Origin: the human T2T-CHM13v2.0 reference genome, Homo sapiens
Assembly: GCF_009914755.1 (NCBI RefSeq)
Contig: NC_060934.1
Reading direction: 5' to 3' (one strand)
DNA: 64,000 nucleotides
In this document: piece after piece, positions 46,120-60,716 of the stretch
Layout: every line of letters begins with the position of its first letter
Position numbering within the stretch: the stretch's first letter is position 1
Translations under genes and position numbers: made by a program
The notes under the pieces: model-generated
The model's database searches: none
Seen by the model: only the letters and a program-made list of their open reading frames with translations
Told to the model about the DNA's origin: nothing

Positions 46120-46285
46120 TCCATTTATTTAACAGATGTTTACTATTCATCTGCTCATTACCAGACACATTTCTAGGTGTTTGGGATACATCAGAGAACA
46201 ACACAGATGAAGGTCCCTACAGCTCTGCACTCTTGTAGCTTACATTTTAGTTGGGGGGATGGACAGGCCTATGTGATGATAACCT
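46120..46285 (-). mobile_element. L2 3' end
   Basis: catttatttaacagatgtttac...ccagacacatttctaggtg...agcttacattttag. Confidence 0.7.
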
Positions 46286-46289
46286 GCTA

Positions 46290-46442
46290 TGCGTCTATTC
46301 TCCATCCTTCTCCACCCTGCTTCAGAGATGCTCATGCCCCTTGTGGCCCATATGGATAGCATCTTCCCATTGGGTCCATCCTCCAACATCATGCCCCCAA
46401 CGTTTTCCCACTGGGTCCAGCCAATGAGAGGCACAGACAGGG
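46290..46442 (+). mobile_element. ERVL LTR fragment (LTR16/33-like)
   Basis: cttctccaccctgc...ttcccactgggtccagccaatgagaggcac. Confidence 0.5.
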
Positions 46443-46544
46443 GCATTTTTATTTCTCTTTCTTATCAAATACTCAGTCCATTATACCAATTTAAATGTAT
46501 ATCAGTATGTTAATACTATAGCTACATACATACTGTGTTACTAA

Positions 46545-46810
46545 GCAGCATAGTTGTTCTCAAAAGACTCTATTGGAGGCCTGAGGAGCTGAATGCTTGA
46601 GCATGGAGTTGGACTGACTTGGGTGTTAAAGTTACTTCACTTCTTGGAGCTTCCATTTTCTCACCTGTGAAATGAAAATAATAGTAAAACTGCCAACCTC
46701 ATAGGGTTGCCATTAGGATTAAGTGTAATAACACAGGGAATGTACAGGACACAGTACTTGTCCTGTAGCCTGGCTCATAGAAGAGCCTCAATGAATGGTA
46801 GTGACAATCA
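46545..46810 (+). mobile_element. MIR
   Basis: gttacttcacttcttggagcttccattttctcacctgtgaaatg...cctcatagggttgccattaggattaag...cctggctcatag. Confidence 0.8.
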
Positions 46811-47124
46811 GTATGTAACGCATGGTATGGTGTAGGTCATGTTGGTGGGTTACATTCATTATTGTGCCTACTCTTAACACATCCTTTTGTATTATGAGTA
46901 CAGTAGGCCCAAGGGCAGCTGTAAGAAAAGAGATTCAGTTGGCTTTGGTGCAAATGTGTCTTGTATTGATCCCTAAAGGGGCCATTAGAAAAATCTGACT
47001 CCCCTTCCTGGGAAAAATCCCAAGCAGATTCCCACAGCCCACCAATCCTGAGACAACTCCTCTCATCTTGACTCCTCTTTTTAATTGCTGCGTGGGTGCC
47101 AGACCAAGGACCATTTTTGTGGTG

Positions 47125-48145
47125 GATAGTGTCATCTGCTGTATGTGGAAGGAGAAATGGCACAAGTGAGAATAGATACATGGATTTCTACACACTGGTC
47201 AATGACCTTGGCAACTCGTTGGGACTGGAAGAAAAAAGACAGAAAAATAAGAGACAAGGAAGGCTGGTGTGGACAAGTGTGAGCGGGCAGAGTGCTGAAG
47301 ATTTTTGAATCGCATATTAATGCCCACCGGAAACATGTATTGTAGATAAAGAACTGGAAAACAAGGTAGACAAATGACTTGGCTAGTTGACATTAACCAC
47401 ACTTCATCATTGGCCACCCAGAAGCAACAGTATAGGTGCGTGAATAGAGGGACCATGGTGGCAGAAGTGGAGGCTATGCATGAGCTCAACAGCACGGACT
47501 CGACTTAACAAGATCATTCTAGCTATTGCTTCCTCTGAATGTCCAGCCTGCAGCCACAGAGACCCACATGGAACCTCTGGTATGGCACTACTTCTAGAAG
47601 AGACCAGACACTTGGAGGCAAGTCAGCTTCTTTGGGCCCTGGCGTTCTGGAATAGCCAATGGTTCATCCTCAAAGGGAGACATTATTCCAGGTATGGGCT
47701 GCCTTTATTGTCCACAGAGCCTCAGCCAGCACTGTTGTTTGATGGCTTATAGAAGACCTGGTCCACAGGCCTGAAATCCCACCCACCATAGCATTTGACC
47801 AAGGGACCTGCCTCTTAGGGAGTGGGGTGTGGGAGTGAGCCGGTGGCTTATATTACATACTGCACCATCCAGGAGCAGCCAGCCTCAGTGAATGCTGGGA
47901 CAGCCTTCTAGAGGCACAACTGTAGTGCCAGCTCAAGGGGAACCCTCTGGAAGGATGGGTGCCGGACTTCAGGACAGAGTATGCACATTCGGAGACCTGT
48001 AGATGGCTGGTCCTGTCTCTCCAGTAGGAAGAATGCATGGTTCCAGGAACTGACGAGTAGAAGCAGTCATGGCTCTATTTACTATCACGCCCAATGACTG
48101 ACTGGGGGACTTTGTGTTTCCTGCCCCCACCACTCTGGGTTCTCT
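47125..48145 (+). mobile_element. ERVL-class internal pol relic (RNase H-integrase; HERV16/ERV3-16A3-like)
   Basis: Translated relics KIFESHINAHRK (47298), HGGRSGGYA*AQQHGL (47454), ECPAC, IAFDQGT (47788) and HHPGAASL (47863) match ERVL RNase H, HHCC zinc finger and integrase core motifs; frameshifted. Confidence 0.9.
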
Positions 48146-48164
48146 TCAAAAAAAAAGTTGCAAC

Positions 48165-48735
48165 CTGGCAAACACTACCCCAGCCAGGTGATCAAGGTTA
48201 ACAGCAATAGTGAAAAGTGATATGGAGAGCATGCGCCCTTGAATGACGCGATGCGAGGGGCACTTTACCTCTCCAAAACACGTAACTCCAGTCTAGTCAG
48301 GAGAAGAACACCAGGCAAATGTCAATGCAGGGGCATCCTACAACATCCCTGACAGTGCTCCTCAAAATCCTCAAGGTTATCAGAAACAAGGAAAGCCTAA
48401 GAAACTGTCACAACCAAGAGAGATGGTGACATCTCATCGAAGGAGATGTAACGACCAAATGTGGTGTCCTGGATGGGCTCCTAGGACCAAAAAACGACAT
48501 TAGGGGGAAGCTGCAGAAATCTTAACAATTGTTTATCACTCTTCAGTTACCTGTATTCTAATTTAGTTATCATGTAACAATGAATGAATTATTATTTAGT
48601 TAATTGTGTATCAACATTGGTGTATTCAGCTGTTGATAATAGAGGACACTGGGTGTGGGGTGTATGGAAAATATGCATTTTCTTCACAATTGTTCTGTAA
48701 ATCTAAAACTGTGCTACAATTAAAAGTTTATTTAT
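48165..48735 (+). mobile_element. L1MC1/2-like 3' UTR
   Basis: agccaggtgatcaaggttaaca...aaacaaggaaagcctaagaaactgtcaca...ttctgtaaatctaaaactg. Confidence 0.88.
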
Positions 48736-49093
48736 TTTTTTTTTTTAAATTTCCTTGTCCCCAAATGAACAAGTGTCTTCTAAGGGTCTCATTGAACTAG
48801 AAGCTTTAGTGCTGTGCCCTGGGAGCAGTGTTCCTAGCTGGGGAATTGCCCTACGGGCAGGAGTCCGCCACTGCAAGGGATTTGCTTTTCCTTTCCTTCT
48901 TTTTGAAGATGCCTGGGAAATGTGGTGCCATAGTGTAGGCATCCCGTGCTCTGGATCCTCTGCTGCCCTTACTTTCCCTTTCCAGCCAACACATGTCAGA
49001 GGACACGGGGCCTCCAGCCAGAGCTTGGGACCCGGCAGAACTGGCTTCATCAACTTCTGTGCTGGTCACCTGTGCTATGGGAGCCACAAGGCT

Positions 49094-49408
49094 TTCTTTT
49101 CTTTTCTTCTTCTTCTTCTTTTTTTTTAAATTGAGGTGGAGTCTCACTCTGTCATCCAGGCTGGAGTGCAGTGGCGAGATCTCGGTTCAACCTCTGCCTC
49201 CCAGGTTCTAGCGATTCTTCTGCATCAGCCTTCCAAGTAGCTGGGATGACAGGTGCGCGCCACCATGCCTGGCTCATTTTTTGTATTTTTAGTAGAGACG
49301 GGGTTTCACCATGTTGGCCAGGATGGTCTCGAACTCCAGATCTCATGATCTGCCCACCTCAGCCTCCCAAAGTGCTGGGATTACAGGCGTGAGCCACTGC
49401 GCCTGGCC
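49094..49408 (-). mobile_element. AluS (Sc-like)
   Basis: Antisense dimer, ccaggatggtctcg, (TTC)n tail. Confidence 0.95.
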
Positions 49409-49552
49409 ATGGACTGGCTGTTTTCTAATCTTGCTGTATAACATTGTTCTGGGATTTTGTGATTAGTTCCATTATTGCCCATTTCTCACTTTCCCACTCC
49501 TTTCTCCTTTTTGGTTTTAACACTTTTTGTGTGGCTGAAATTACATCCTTGA

Positions 49553-50448
49553 TGCGTTTGCTTTTGAGTTCTTGGTCATGAAGTCTTCGCCTAAGCCAAT
49601 ATCTAGGAGGGTTTTTCCAATGTTATCTTCTAGAATTTTTCTGGTTTCAGGCCTTAGATTTCAGTCTTTGATCCATCTTGAGGTGATTTTTGTATAAGGT
49701 GAGAGATGAAGATCCAGTTTCATTCTTCTACATGTGACTAGCCATTTATCCTAGCACCGTTTGTTGAATAGGGTTTCCTTTCCCCACTTTATGTTTTTGT
49801 TTGCTTCGTCGAAGATCAGTTAACTGTATCTGGCTTTATTTCTGGGTTATCTATTGTGTTCCATTGGTTTATATGTCCATTTTTATACCAGTACCATGAT
49901 GTTTTGGTGACTAAGGCCTTATAGTATAGTTTGAAGTTGGGTAGCGTAATGCCTCCAGATTTGTTCTTTTTGCTTAGTCTTGCTTTGGCTATACGGGCTC
50001 TTTTTTGGTTCCATATGAATTTTAGGATTGTTTTTTCTAGTTCTGTGAAGAATGCTGGTGGTATTTTGATGGGAATTGCATTGAATATGTAGATTGCCTT
50101 TGACAGTATGGTCATTTTCACAGTAGATTGCCTTTGACAGTATGGTCATCTTCACAGTATTGATTCTACCCATCCATGAGCATGAGATGTGTTGCCACTT
50201 GTTTGTGTCATCTATGATTTCTTACAATAGTATTTTGTAATTTTGCATGTAGAGGCCTTTCACCTTCTTCCTTAAGTGTATTTCTAAGTATTTTATTTTT
50301 TTTGCAGCTATTGTAAAAGGGGTTGAGTTCTTGTTTTGATTCTCAGCTTGGTCACTGTTGGTGTGTAGCAGAGCTACTGATTTGTGTACATTAATTTTGT
50401 ATCCTGCAACTTTGCTGAAATAATTTACCAGTTCTAGGAGCTTTTTGG
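49553..50448 (-). mobile_element. L1PB, inverted 5' segment
   Basis: ORF 49816-50121(-) [32 protein letters not shown] is L1 ORF2p. Confidence 0.95.
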
Positions 50449-51093
50449 AACAAAGATAAATAGAAGAGACCTAATTAAACTAAAAAGCTTCTGCACAGCA
50501 AAAGAAATAATCATGAGAGTAAACAGACAACCCACAGAGTGGGAGAAAATCTTCACAATCTATACATCCAACAAAGGAGTAATTTGCAGAATCTACAAGG
50601 AACTCAAATAAATCAGTAAGAAAAAAAACCAAACAATCTCATCAAAAAGTGAGCTAAAGACATGAATACACAATTCTCAAAAGAAGATATACAAATGGCC
50701 AAAAAAAAAAATGTAAAAATGCTCAACATCACTCATGGTGAGGGAAATGCAAATCAAAACCACAATTAGACACCATTTTACTCATGCAAGAATGGCCATA
50801 ATAAAAAAAAATAGATATTGGCCTGGATGCAGTGAAAAGAGAACACTTCTACACTGCTGGTGGTAATGTAAACTTGTACAACCACTGTGGAGAACAGTGT
50901 GGAGATTCCTTAAAGAACTAAAAGTAGATCTACCATTTGATCCAGCAATCCCACTACTGGGTATCTACCCAGAGGAAAAGAAGTCATTATATGAAAAAGA
51001 TACTTGCACACCCATTTTTATAGCAGCACAATTTGCAATTACAAAAATATAGAAACAGCCCAAATGCCCATCAATCAAGTGGATGAAGAAACT

Positions 51094-51141
<48 letters not shown>

Positions 51142-51560
51142 CACTCAGCCATAAAAAGGAATGAATTAAGGTATTTGCAGCAACCTGAATGGAATTGGAG
51201 ACTGTCATTCTAAGTGAGGTAACTCAGGAATGAAAAACCAAACATCATATGTTCTCACTTATAAGTAGGAGCTAAGCTATGAGGATGCAAAGGCATAAGA
51301 ATGATACAATGGTCTCTGGGGACTTGGAGGGAAGGGTGGGAGGGGGTGAGAGATAAAACATGACAAATTGGATTCAGTGTATACTGCTTAGGTGATGGGT
51401 TCATCAAAATCTCAGCTATCGCCACTAAAGAACTTACTCATGTAACCAAATACAACCTGTTCCCCAAAAACCTATGGAAATAAAAACAATTTTAAAAAAG
51501 AACTTATTTATGTAACCAAACACTACCTGTTACCCCAAAACCTATTGAAATTTTAAAAAT
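50449..51560 (+). mobile_element. L1PB1-like 3' segment (sense)
   Basis: gagctaagctatgaggatgcaaaggcataagaatgatacaatgg...gaacttactcatgtaaccaaa; shared TSD ATTACATCCTTGA (49540-52, 51561-73); (TA)n at ~51097-51138. Confidence 0.95.
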
Positions 51561-51907
51561 ATTACATCCTTGAGTAACTTTCTCAAAAAGATGTATTAGA
51601 AATACATTCTCTTCATCTCGTATTTGTGAAAACGAATAAGTTCATCAAACTCTCCAATTATCCCTTTGGAGTGTGCTGTTTCCAGCCAAGACCCTGCTCA
51701 ATGCACTGGGTTCAAAATGATAAACCTGCAAGATTCTGAAGATCTTGCTTTGCTGACCTCTAGTATCCATTTGGTTATTGATAAGTCTGATGCCGATTCA
51801 GTTTCCTTCTAGGTAATTTCTTTCTCTCTGGAAGCCATTAGGATTTTTTTGTTTTTGTTTTTTTGTTTTATGAATTCTTGCTGCTATGAAATTTTATAAA
51901 TATATGT

Positions 51908-52475
51908 TATATCAGTTAGGAATACCTTTTTAGCATTAAGAAAAAAAACCACCAAAAATACTCAATTAACAATGGCTTAAGCAATATTTGTAAGAAGTAG
52001 GTGGTCCCAGATTAGACGCACCACTTCAGTGGTTTCATCAAGGGCTCAGGCCCTTTCTGTCTGTCCCGCCTTATGAAGGATGTGGAAGGAACAGAATCTT
52101 GTTATCCTTGGCTTGTTGCCTCGTGGTTGAAAGATGGCTCCGACATCATTCCTTGCACCATTGCAGAGAATATCACTTCTCTTTATGAGGCTTGGAGTTT
52201 TGTTGTGAAAGAACAGCTCCTTATTACACATCTCTTGAACATTTCTTTGGCCAGAACCTGGCTACATGTTGACTCCTAGACACTCATTGGTAGAAGAGAA
52301 TGGAATTTATTAGGATTGGTTAAGATCAGTTATAGTTGATTCCCTGGGGCTGAGAGGGGCGTGCCATTCCTGATGTCATAGGATCTCTGCCTGCTACCTA
52401 AGCTGCAAATGTGGAGAACTGCTAGCAGGAAAAAAGGGAAATTCTTTTGGGTTAGTCTATGGAGAATATCCACTT
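51908..52475 (-). mobile_element. MLT1J/K-like LTR
   Basis: tatcagttaggaata...caatggcttaagc...gcctcgtggttgaaagatggct...ttggccagaacctggctacatg. Confidence 0.7.
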
Positions 52476-52479
52476 GGTA

Positions 52480-53690
52480 TGTCTAGCTGTGGTCTTTTTC
52501 ACTATCATGCTTTTAATTTGAAGTCTCGCTTCTCCTTTTTGCTCTAGGAATTTTTTCCCTCATTATTTCTTTGGTCTTCATCCTTTCTGCTTTTTCTAGT
52601 CTCTCTTTCTAGAACATTTTAAAATGAATATTGGATCTCCTGGATCAATCTTTTCTATTTATTAACTTTTCTCTTGAACATCCTATTTCTCTGCCCTTTT
52701 TTCTCTTTATTTCACAAGATTTTCTTGGCATCATCTTCTATCCCTTGTCTTTTTATTCCATTTTTATTTCATTTATTATATTATTTCAGCTCTATTTTGG
52801 TTACGTATCTGTAATTCTTGTTCTTTTTTAAAAATTATATCTTTTTCTTATTCTAAAGAAACACTATAATCTCAAATCTCTTGGAGGATATTAGAGGGTG
52901 TTTTAAAAAACTCCTTGTCTATTTCTTCAGTTGTCTCTGTTTCTTGCAGAGTCATTTTTGCTGATGTTGTTGTTTATTTATCTTTCTCTTTCGTAGTCCG
53001 GATTCTCCTCTCACGTCTGGTATATTTAAAGATAAGAAAATGCAAATGCCTACTTGGGGCCTGAGGCACATTTAGGGCTTGTTGACCTGAAGGCTCAGCA
53101 TTCACTGGGGTGCAGGGGACCGAGGGCCAACTTCCAGGATGGGTTGGTCCCATGCACCAAGTGAGGAGGCCTCTGTTCTGGGCCAAGAGCGCTCTCACTA
53201 GCTGCCTTGGTTCACCCTAGAGTTTTACATAGATTTGTTCAGAGAAGAACTCTAGGTTTTCCTCCTAGGTAATGATGTCTGGCTGACCACAGATGGGCCT
53301 GCAGAGAATGGGATGTGTGAGTGTGTATGGGCTGGACCATTCAGAATAGAGGCTTTTAACAAATGCCCAACTTCTCACTGCTGCCCACTGGAGATCTGCA
53401 GTTTTCAAGTCTGCAGACTCTGGGGACACTTCTGGGCAGACTGACCTCTTCTGTGCACAACTCCTGTCTAGGATCCACCTGTCTTTGCTCTGTTTCAGCA
53501 GCCAGGACTCCCCGATCACCTTTACATCATCTGGAAATTGGTTCAAATCATGTATTCTCTGATGGTTTCCTTTGTTTTATTTTCTTTGGTGTGGGCTCCT
53601 ACATTTAAAAAATTCCTTTTCCTTTACTCTTATTTTAATGGAGTCTCAGGAGAAAGGAGACAAATGCTAGGAAGCAGTCTGCAATCTTGA
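52480..53690 (-). mobile_element. Old L1M 5'/ORF1-region relic
   Basis: T-rich antisense motifs (gaatattggatctcctggatcaatctt; ctcaaatctcttggaggatatta); similar sequence at ~51730-51905. Confidence 0.5.
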
Positions 53691-53749
53691 CCTGGGGGGA
53701 TAATGTCGAGGTTTTCTTTTAAATTGATTCATTACTCTTTTTTAATTAA

Positions 53750-54047
<298 letters not shown>

Positions 54048-54052
54048 AAACC

Positions 54053-54528
54053 TTAATTTTTTATTGTAAAATACACCATAAACTTTATCACGTTAATCAT
54101 TTTAAGCGTATAGTTTAGTAGCATTAAGTGCATTCCCACTGTGTGCAACCAATCTCCAGAGCTCTTTTTATTTTACAAAACTTCAGCTCTATGCCTATTA
54201 AATAACAACTCCCTGCTCGCTGCTCCCCTCAGCCCCTGGCAACCATCATTCTACTTTCTATCTGTAGGAATTTACAACTTGAAGTACCTCATGTAAGTGA
54301 AACCATACGGAATTTGCCTTTTTGTGGCTGGCTTTTTGGAGAGCATATGGTCCTAAGGTTCATATATGTCACAGCATGGGTCAGAACGTCCTTCCTTTTA
54401 AAGGCTGAATAATATTCCATTGTGTGAATAAACCACATTTTGTTCATCCACTTATCCGTGGAGGGAAGCTTGAGGTGCTTCCACCTTCTGGCTATCGTGG
54501 GTAATGCTGCTATGAATGTGGATGCCAG
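54053..54528 (-). mobile_element. L1MB/L1MA9-like 3' end
   Basis: tagcattaagtgcattc...cagcccctggcaaccatcattctactttc...aaggctgaataatattccattgtg. Confidence 0.9.
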
Positions 54529-54629
54529 TATTGTTGAGTTTTAAAAGGCCTGTAGCATAGGAGACCCCCCAGCCACTAAACCCAAAGCAGATGTATTTGT
54601 ACGTAAATTTCCCATCGCACTGGAATTAA

Positions 54630-54815
54630 GATGCTATAGTCACATTGTCATCCACAAAATACTCTCATGTTTAGAGTTTTACTTGACACACTTCTTCTGG
54701 GTCCATTATTATAACCAATGAGGTAGTTAGAGTAGATAGCATTATTTTTGTATCGCAGTGAAAAACTTCGAGCTACAAAGAGGTTAAGTGACTTGCCTAA
54801 GCTAATAAGTAGAAC
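54630..54815 (-). mobile_element. MIR
   Basis: aaccaatgaggtag...cattatt...agaggttaagtgacttgcctaag. Confidence 0.75.
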
Positions 54816-56209
54816 AACTAAAAGTACTGAATAATTTTATCAGCCTGAAAGACATTGCTGAACGTGTTTGTTTACATCAACTCTATTGTGGGCTGACTAT
54901 GGAGACAGGGCCACAGAATGATGATCTCTAATCTAGTAAATTTAATGCAACTTCTCCTAACAGATAAGCCGGGTTGACATGGTAAATTTTATGTGAAAAA
55001 GAGAAATCTGTCTGAAGCTCTGGCAGCCAAGATAAGACAGAATAGCAGATATGATTTAACTATTAAAATTACAGAGATTTGTTCCTCTTTATTTTTCGTG
55101 GAGGGAATCAAGGTAAATGTTCTTGGGTTGTTGGCAGTATTTCTTCCATTTGTACATTCCTTCTAAACATGAACATTATGTTGTTTATTCATCTGTTAAT
55201 GACAGCTGATTATCAAACCATAAATATACATGTTGGGTCTAATGGTTTGTGAATGTTAAGCATCAGACAGTAATATCGCGGGTACTTAGAGAAGAACACT
55301 ACAGCTACATCCCAATCACTATCTAGCTTGTCAATTTCCTGTAGAATTATCTGATTCTTTGTGCTGTCAGCTGAATCATGTGTTAGGCAGAAAGCAGATT
55401 TTTTTTCCCATTATTGCTCTTTTTTCCTCCTCATCAGTAAACAGATTTAAAAAAAAAAAGAAGAAGAAGAAAAGAAACACAATTCTCTGGTGTAATCGAG
55501 GCTCCAGATATCACATTTTCTCTATTACTTGTGGAAAACAGCAAATCTGATTTCTTGAGGCTTTTCATGTTCAAATCATTTCAGGGACATCGGCAAATAC
55601 ATATTCACTCAGTATTTCCGTACCATATATTGGAGAAAATAACAGATATGAAGATGCTAAAGTTCAAATTAAAGGGCTTTCATCCTGCTGTCCTAAAGTC
55701 CCTTGGAACTTATTTAAAATGTTTAAAAAAATCTGGCCACTAGTGGTTTACTCTCTGCACAGCAAGATACATGTATTTATTTCCTAAGCAATGAGGCAGA
55801 GAAGCGTGGTGTTCAGGCGTTGACAGTATGCTAATGTGTGCTGGGGAAAGACACACCGGTCCCCAGGGTGCAACGAGGAGCCTCTGAGAACTTTTCTTAA
55901 AAGGTCTTCATTCTTCCACTCACCCGGCAAACAGTGGTTAAGCATTTACTAGTGCAGGTGTGCACTCAGCCTTGGGCAAATAGGAAGTTCCTGCCTCGTG
56001 GTTCTCAAAGCCGGAGGAGTGGGGGCGGCACGGCAGAGCAGAAAGGGCATCGTCAGAATCCCAGCCCACTTACCTGCAAAGGGCATGGCCTCAACCTCCC
56101 CAAGCCTTCCCCTGGGGCAGGGATGGTAATACCCACCCCAAAGAGCGGGGAGGATGAACTGATTGGCCTATAGCTGGTGCACGGCACAGAGCTGCAGCCT
56201 TCTGGGACA

Positions 56210-56795
56210 CTCCTGGCTTATTTCCATTTCTTTCACTGCCCTTCGCTCGTTCCAACCCGGTTTCCATTCCAGACACTCCGCCAGCAGCGCTTTCTTATCC
56301 TCCTCCATTTTTGGCGCTGCGTTAGACCCTACCACCTTCAAACTCTTGCCTTCTTTCCCCACACTTACCACCCTGCTCTCTTTCTCTCTCTCTCTCTGAT
56401 CTCTTCTTCTCTGGAGACTTTGTTTCTTTTCCTTCTCTCTCTCTTCTCTCCTGAATAGTGGATTTTCACGAAGTCTCTGCTCATTTATCTCTTTGTAATA
56501 TTGCTCCTTTAACACAAACCATATTTTCAAGTCCTTCTTATTCTTTAGACATCACTAATGTCATATTTCTGGCTTCAGCTATCATCCTCACTCTGATGAC
56601 TCCAAAATTTCTATCTCTGTATTTTCATAGCCAAACTTCTAGCTTCAATTTTCAACCAAATACCCAACCTGAGCGTTCACTTTCAACTCGAAATCTCTAA
56701 AGCTATACATAACATCTTTACCCCAAATGAACTCCCCTATTAGATTTTTCATTTTTTTACTCTCTGTCAGTAGCACTATTTTCTCAATTGTCCAC
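56210..56795 (+). mobile_element. L2 ORF-region fragments with (CT)n
   Basis: tccaacccggtttccattccagacactcc; ggcttcagctatcatcctcactctgatgactccaaaatttctatctc. Confidence 0.55.
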
Positions 56796-56859
56796 TGATA
56801 ATTTAGCTGCTTTATCATTTACTAAAACTATTTTTCTTTTTAGGAAATTAATTAATTAA

Positions 56860-57045
56860 TTTTTTTGTTTGTTTGTTTTTAGAGACAGAATCTTACTATA
56901 TTGCCCAGGCTGTAGTGCAGCAGCTAGTCACAGGCCAGATCAGAGTGCATAGCCCACTGCGGCCTCCAACTCCTGGCCTCAAGTGATCCTCCCACCTCAG
57001 CCTCCCAAGTAGCTAGAACTACAGACGTGCACCACAGCATCCAGA
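56860..57045 (-). mobile_element. AluJ right monomer / FRAM
   Basis: gagacagaatcttactatattgcccaggct...ctcaagtgatcctcccacctcagcctcccaagtagc. Confidence 0.85.
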
Positions 57046-57148
57046 TAAAACCACGTTTCCTCTCTCAAAACATTTATGAGCAGAAAAGCATTAGATTAAG
57101 TCACAAAATACAACAAAAAATTTTTTAAGCTCCTTAAATAAATAGAAA

Positions 57149-57451
<303 letters not shown>

Positions 57452-57962
57452 CTATAAATATATAAAGTGGTGTATACAGTATGGTCCCAACTTTGTTGTA
57501 GTTGTATTGCTTGTGTCTTTATTTCTCATCTATCAATATCATCTATCTACATATATGCATAAGATAGACTGAGTGTTCAGAAAATGTCTCTCACTAATGG
57601 AATTATAAATGAATTTTACCTTCTTTTTTATGCTTCTTTTTCCTTTTTATTTTTTCTGGACTTTTGATACCCAGGATAGGGTTCATTTTAAGTCTTGGTT
57701 TATGACACACACTCAGCATTGGTTCCTTTATCCCCTCTTTTGTTTACTTATTTGTATGTTTATTGATGACTGCAGTGGGCATCATGCCCACCCTCCAACC
57801 CAAGCCCTGGAACAATGACACTGGCTTACATTTCCAGCACGCTCCCCTTCATTTCCTAGGTCCTAGCAAGGTCTGAGGTATTACACTGGTCCACACCTCC
57901 TGTCCATGAGTTAGTATGTCAGGCTTTTTATGCTGGTTGATTGGACATAAAATAGCATTTCA

Positions 57963-58950
<988 letters not shown>

Positions 58951-58951
58951 C

Positions 58952-59495
<544 letters not shown>

Positions 59496-59499
59496 TAAG

Positions 59500-59865
59500 T
59501 AGTGGGAAAGATATAGTGTAACAGGCAGTATCACACATTTTAGGTGTGAGTTCAAATTGGCACAGCTTTTCTGGGGAGAAATCTGGCAGCACTAATACAA
59601 TTTTTAAATGTTTATACCCTTGGACACAGCAATTTTACTTTTGAAAATTTCCCTATAGACACATATGCATAAGAGTACAGACTTTTGTATAACAATTTTC
59701 ATCACATTGTAATTTGAAACACTCCATCTACCAGTAGATGACTAGCTAAATAAGTTGCTATAGATGTGATATACAGTGAAATACAGTATCAATCACTCAT
59801 ATGAAATGAGATAAAATACACATGCTGAGATGAAAATGTACCAAAGGCATTTGATTAAGGAAAGA
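59500..59865 (+). mobile_element. L1ME 3' fragment
   Basis: aaattggcacagctttt...atctggcag...cacagcaattttacttt...ctaaataagttg. Confidence 0.65.
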
Positions 59866-59872
59866 TGAGTGT

Positions 59873-60238
59873 GTCTTAGTGTCGGTTTCCCTGGAAGCAG
59901 AGCCTGAGGCAAGGATTTGGATGCAGGTAGTTTATTTGGGAAGAATCCTAGGAATCAGGTGTGAGGGAGTAACGAGAATGAGGGGAGGAGCAAAGGGAGT
60001 ATGATCTTCACATAGTGTGGCAAGGGGCTTGCTTCAGTTGGGACCTCCTGAGAAGTGTAAGGAAGGGTTCCAGCATTGTCCCTTGTCCCCTGATTGAAGG
60101 ACAGGAGACAGAAGGTGAAAAGATGGACAGCCTGTGCAATGGGAGTTGTAGCTCACACAGAACTGCCCACTCCAGTTGTGGCTGAAATCAGAGGCAGTCC
60201 AGGGAATGTGATGTTGGGCATTAGAGGAATTTGCTACA
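59873..60238 (-). mobile_element. ERVL LTR (LTR33/LTR16-like)
   Basis: tgtcttagtgtcggtttccctggaagcagagcctgaggcaaggatttggatgcaggtagtttatttggg...gctaca. Confidence 0.7.
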
Positions 60239-60305
60239 GACTGATTCAATTTAGGTAGAAGAGGATGTCTACATACATCCCTAGAGGTATGTATGAGAAG
60301 CCATC

Positions 60306-60609
60306 TTTTTCTTTTTTTTGAGACAGAGTTTCACTCTTGTTGCCCAGATTAGAGTGCAGTGGCACGATCTTGGCTCAGTGCAACCTCCATCTCCCAGTTT
60401 AAAGTGATTCTCCTGCCTCAGCCTCCCGAGTAACTGGGATTACAGGCACCTGCCACCACAGCCACCACACCTGGCTAATTTTTGTATTTTTAGTACAGAC
60501 AGGGTTTCACCATGCTGGCCAGGCTGATCTTGAACTCCTGACCTCGTGATCCGCCTGCCTCGGCCTTCCAAAGTGCTGGGATTACAGGTGCGAGCCACCG
60601 CACCCAGCC
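60306..60609 (-). mobile_element. AluS
   Basis: Antisense dimer; TSD gagaagccatc/gagaagccctc. Confidence 0.95.
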
Positions 60610-60716
60610 GAGAAGCCCTCTTAAGCTGTGATCAGATGAACTGCTGCCCTCCATTCCCTCCATCAAGGAAACAGAATGATGCCTGCATAGAAAGCTTGGG
60701 ATAAGTAGGTTGCTCT

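Noticed and set aside
55990-56330. Local CpG enrichment with E2F-like ttttggcgc and CTCF-like strings
   Set aside because: Too short and sparse for a CpG island, poor CTCF match, and it overlaps probable L2 sequence.
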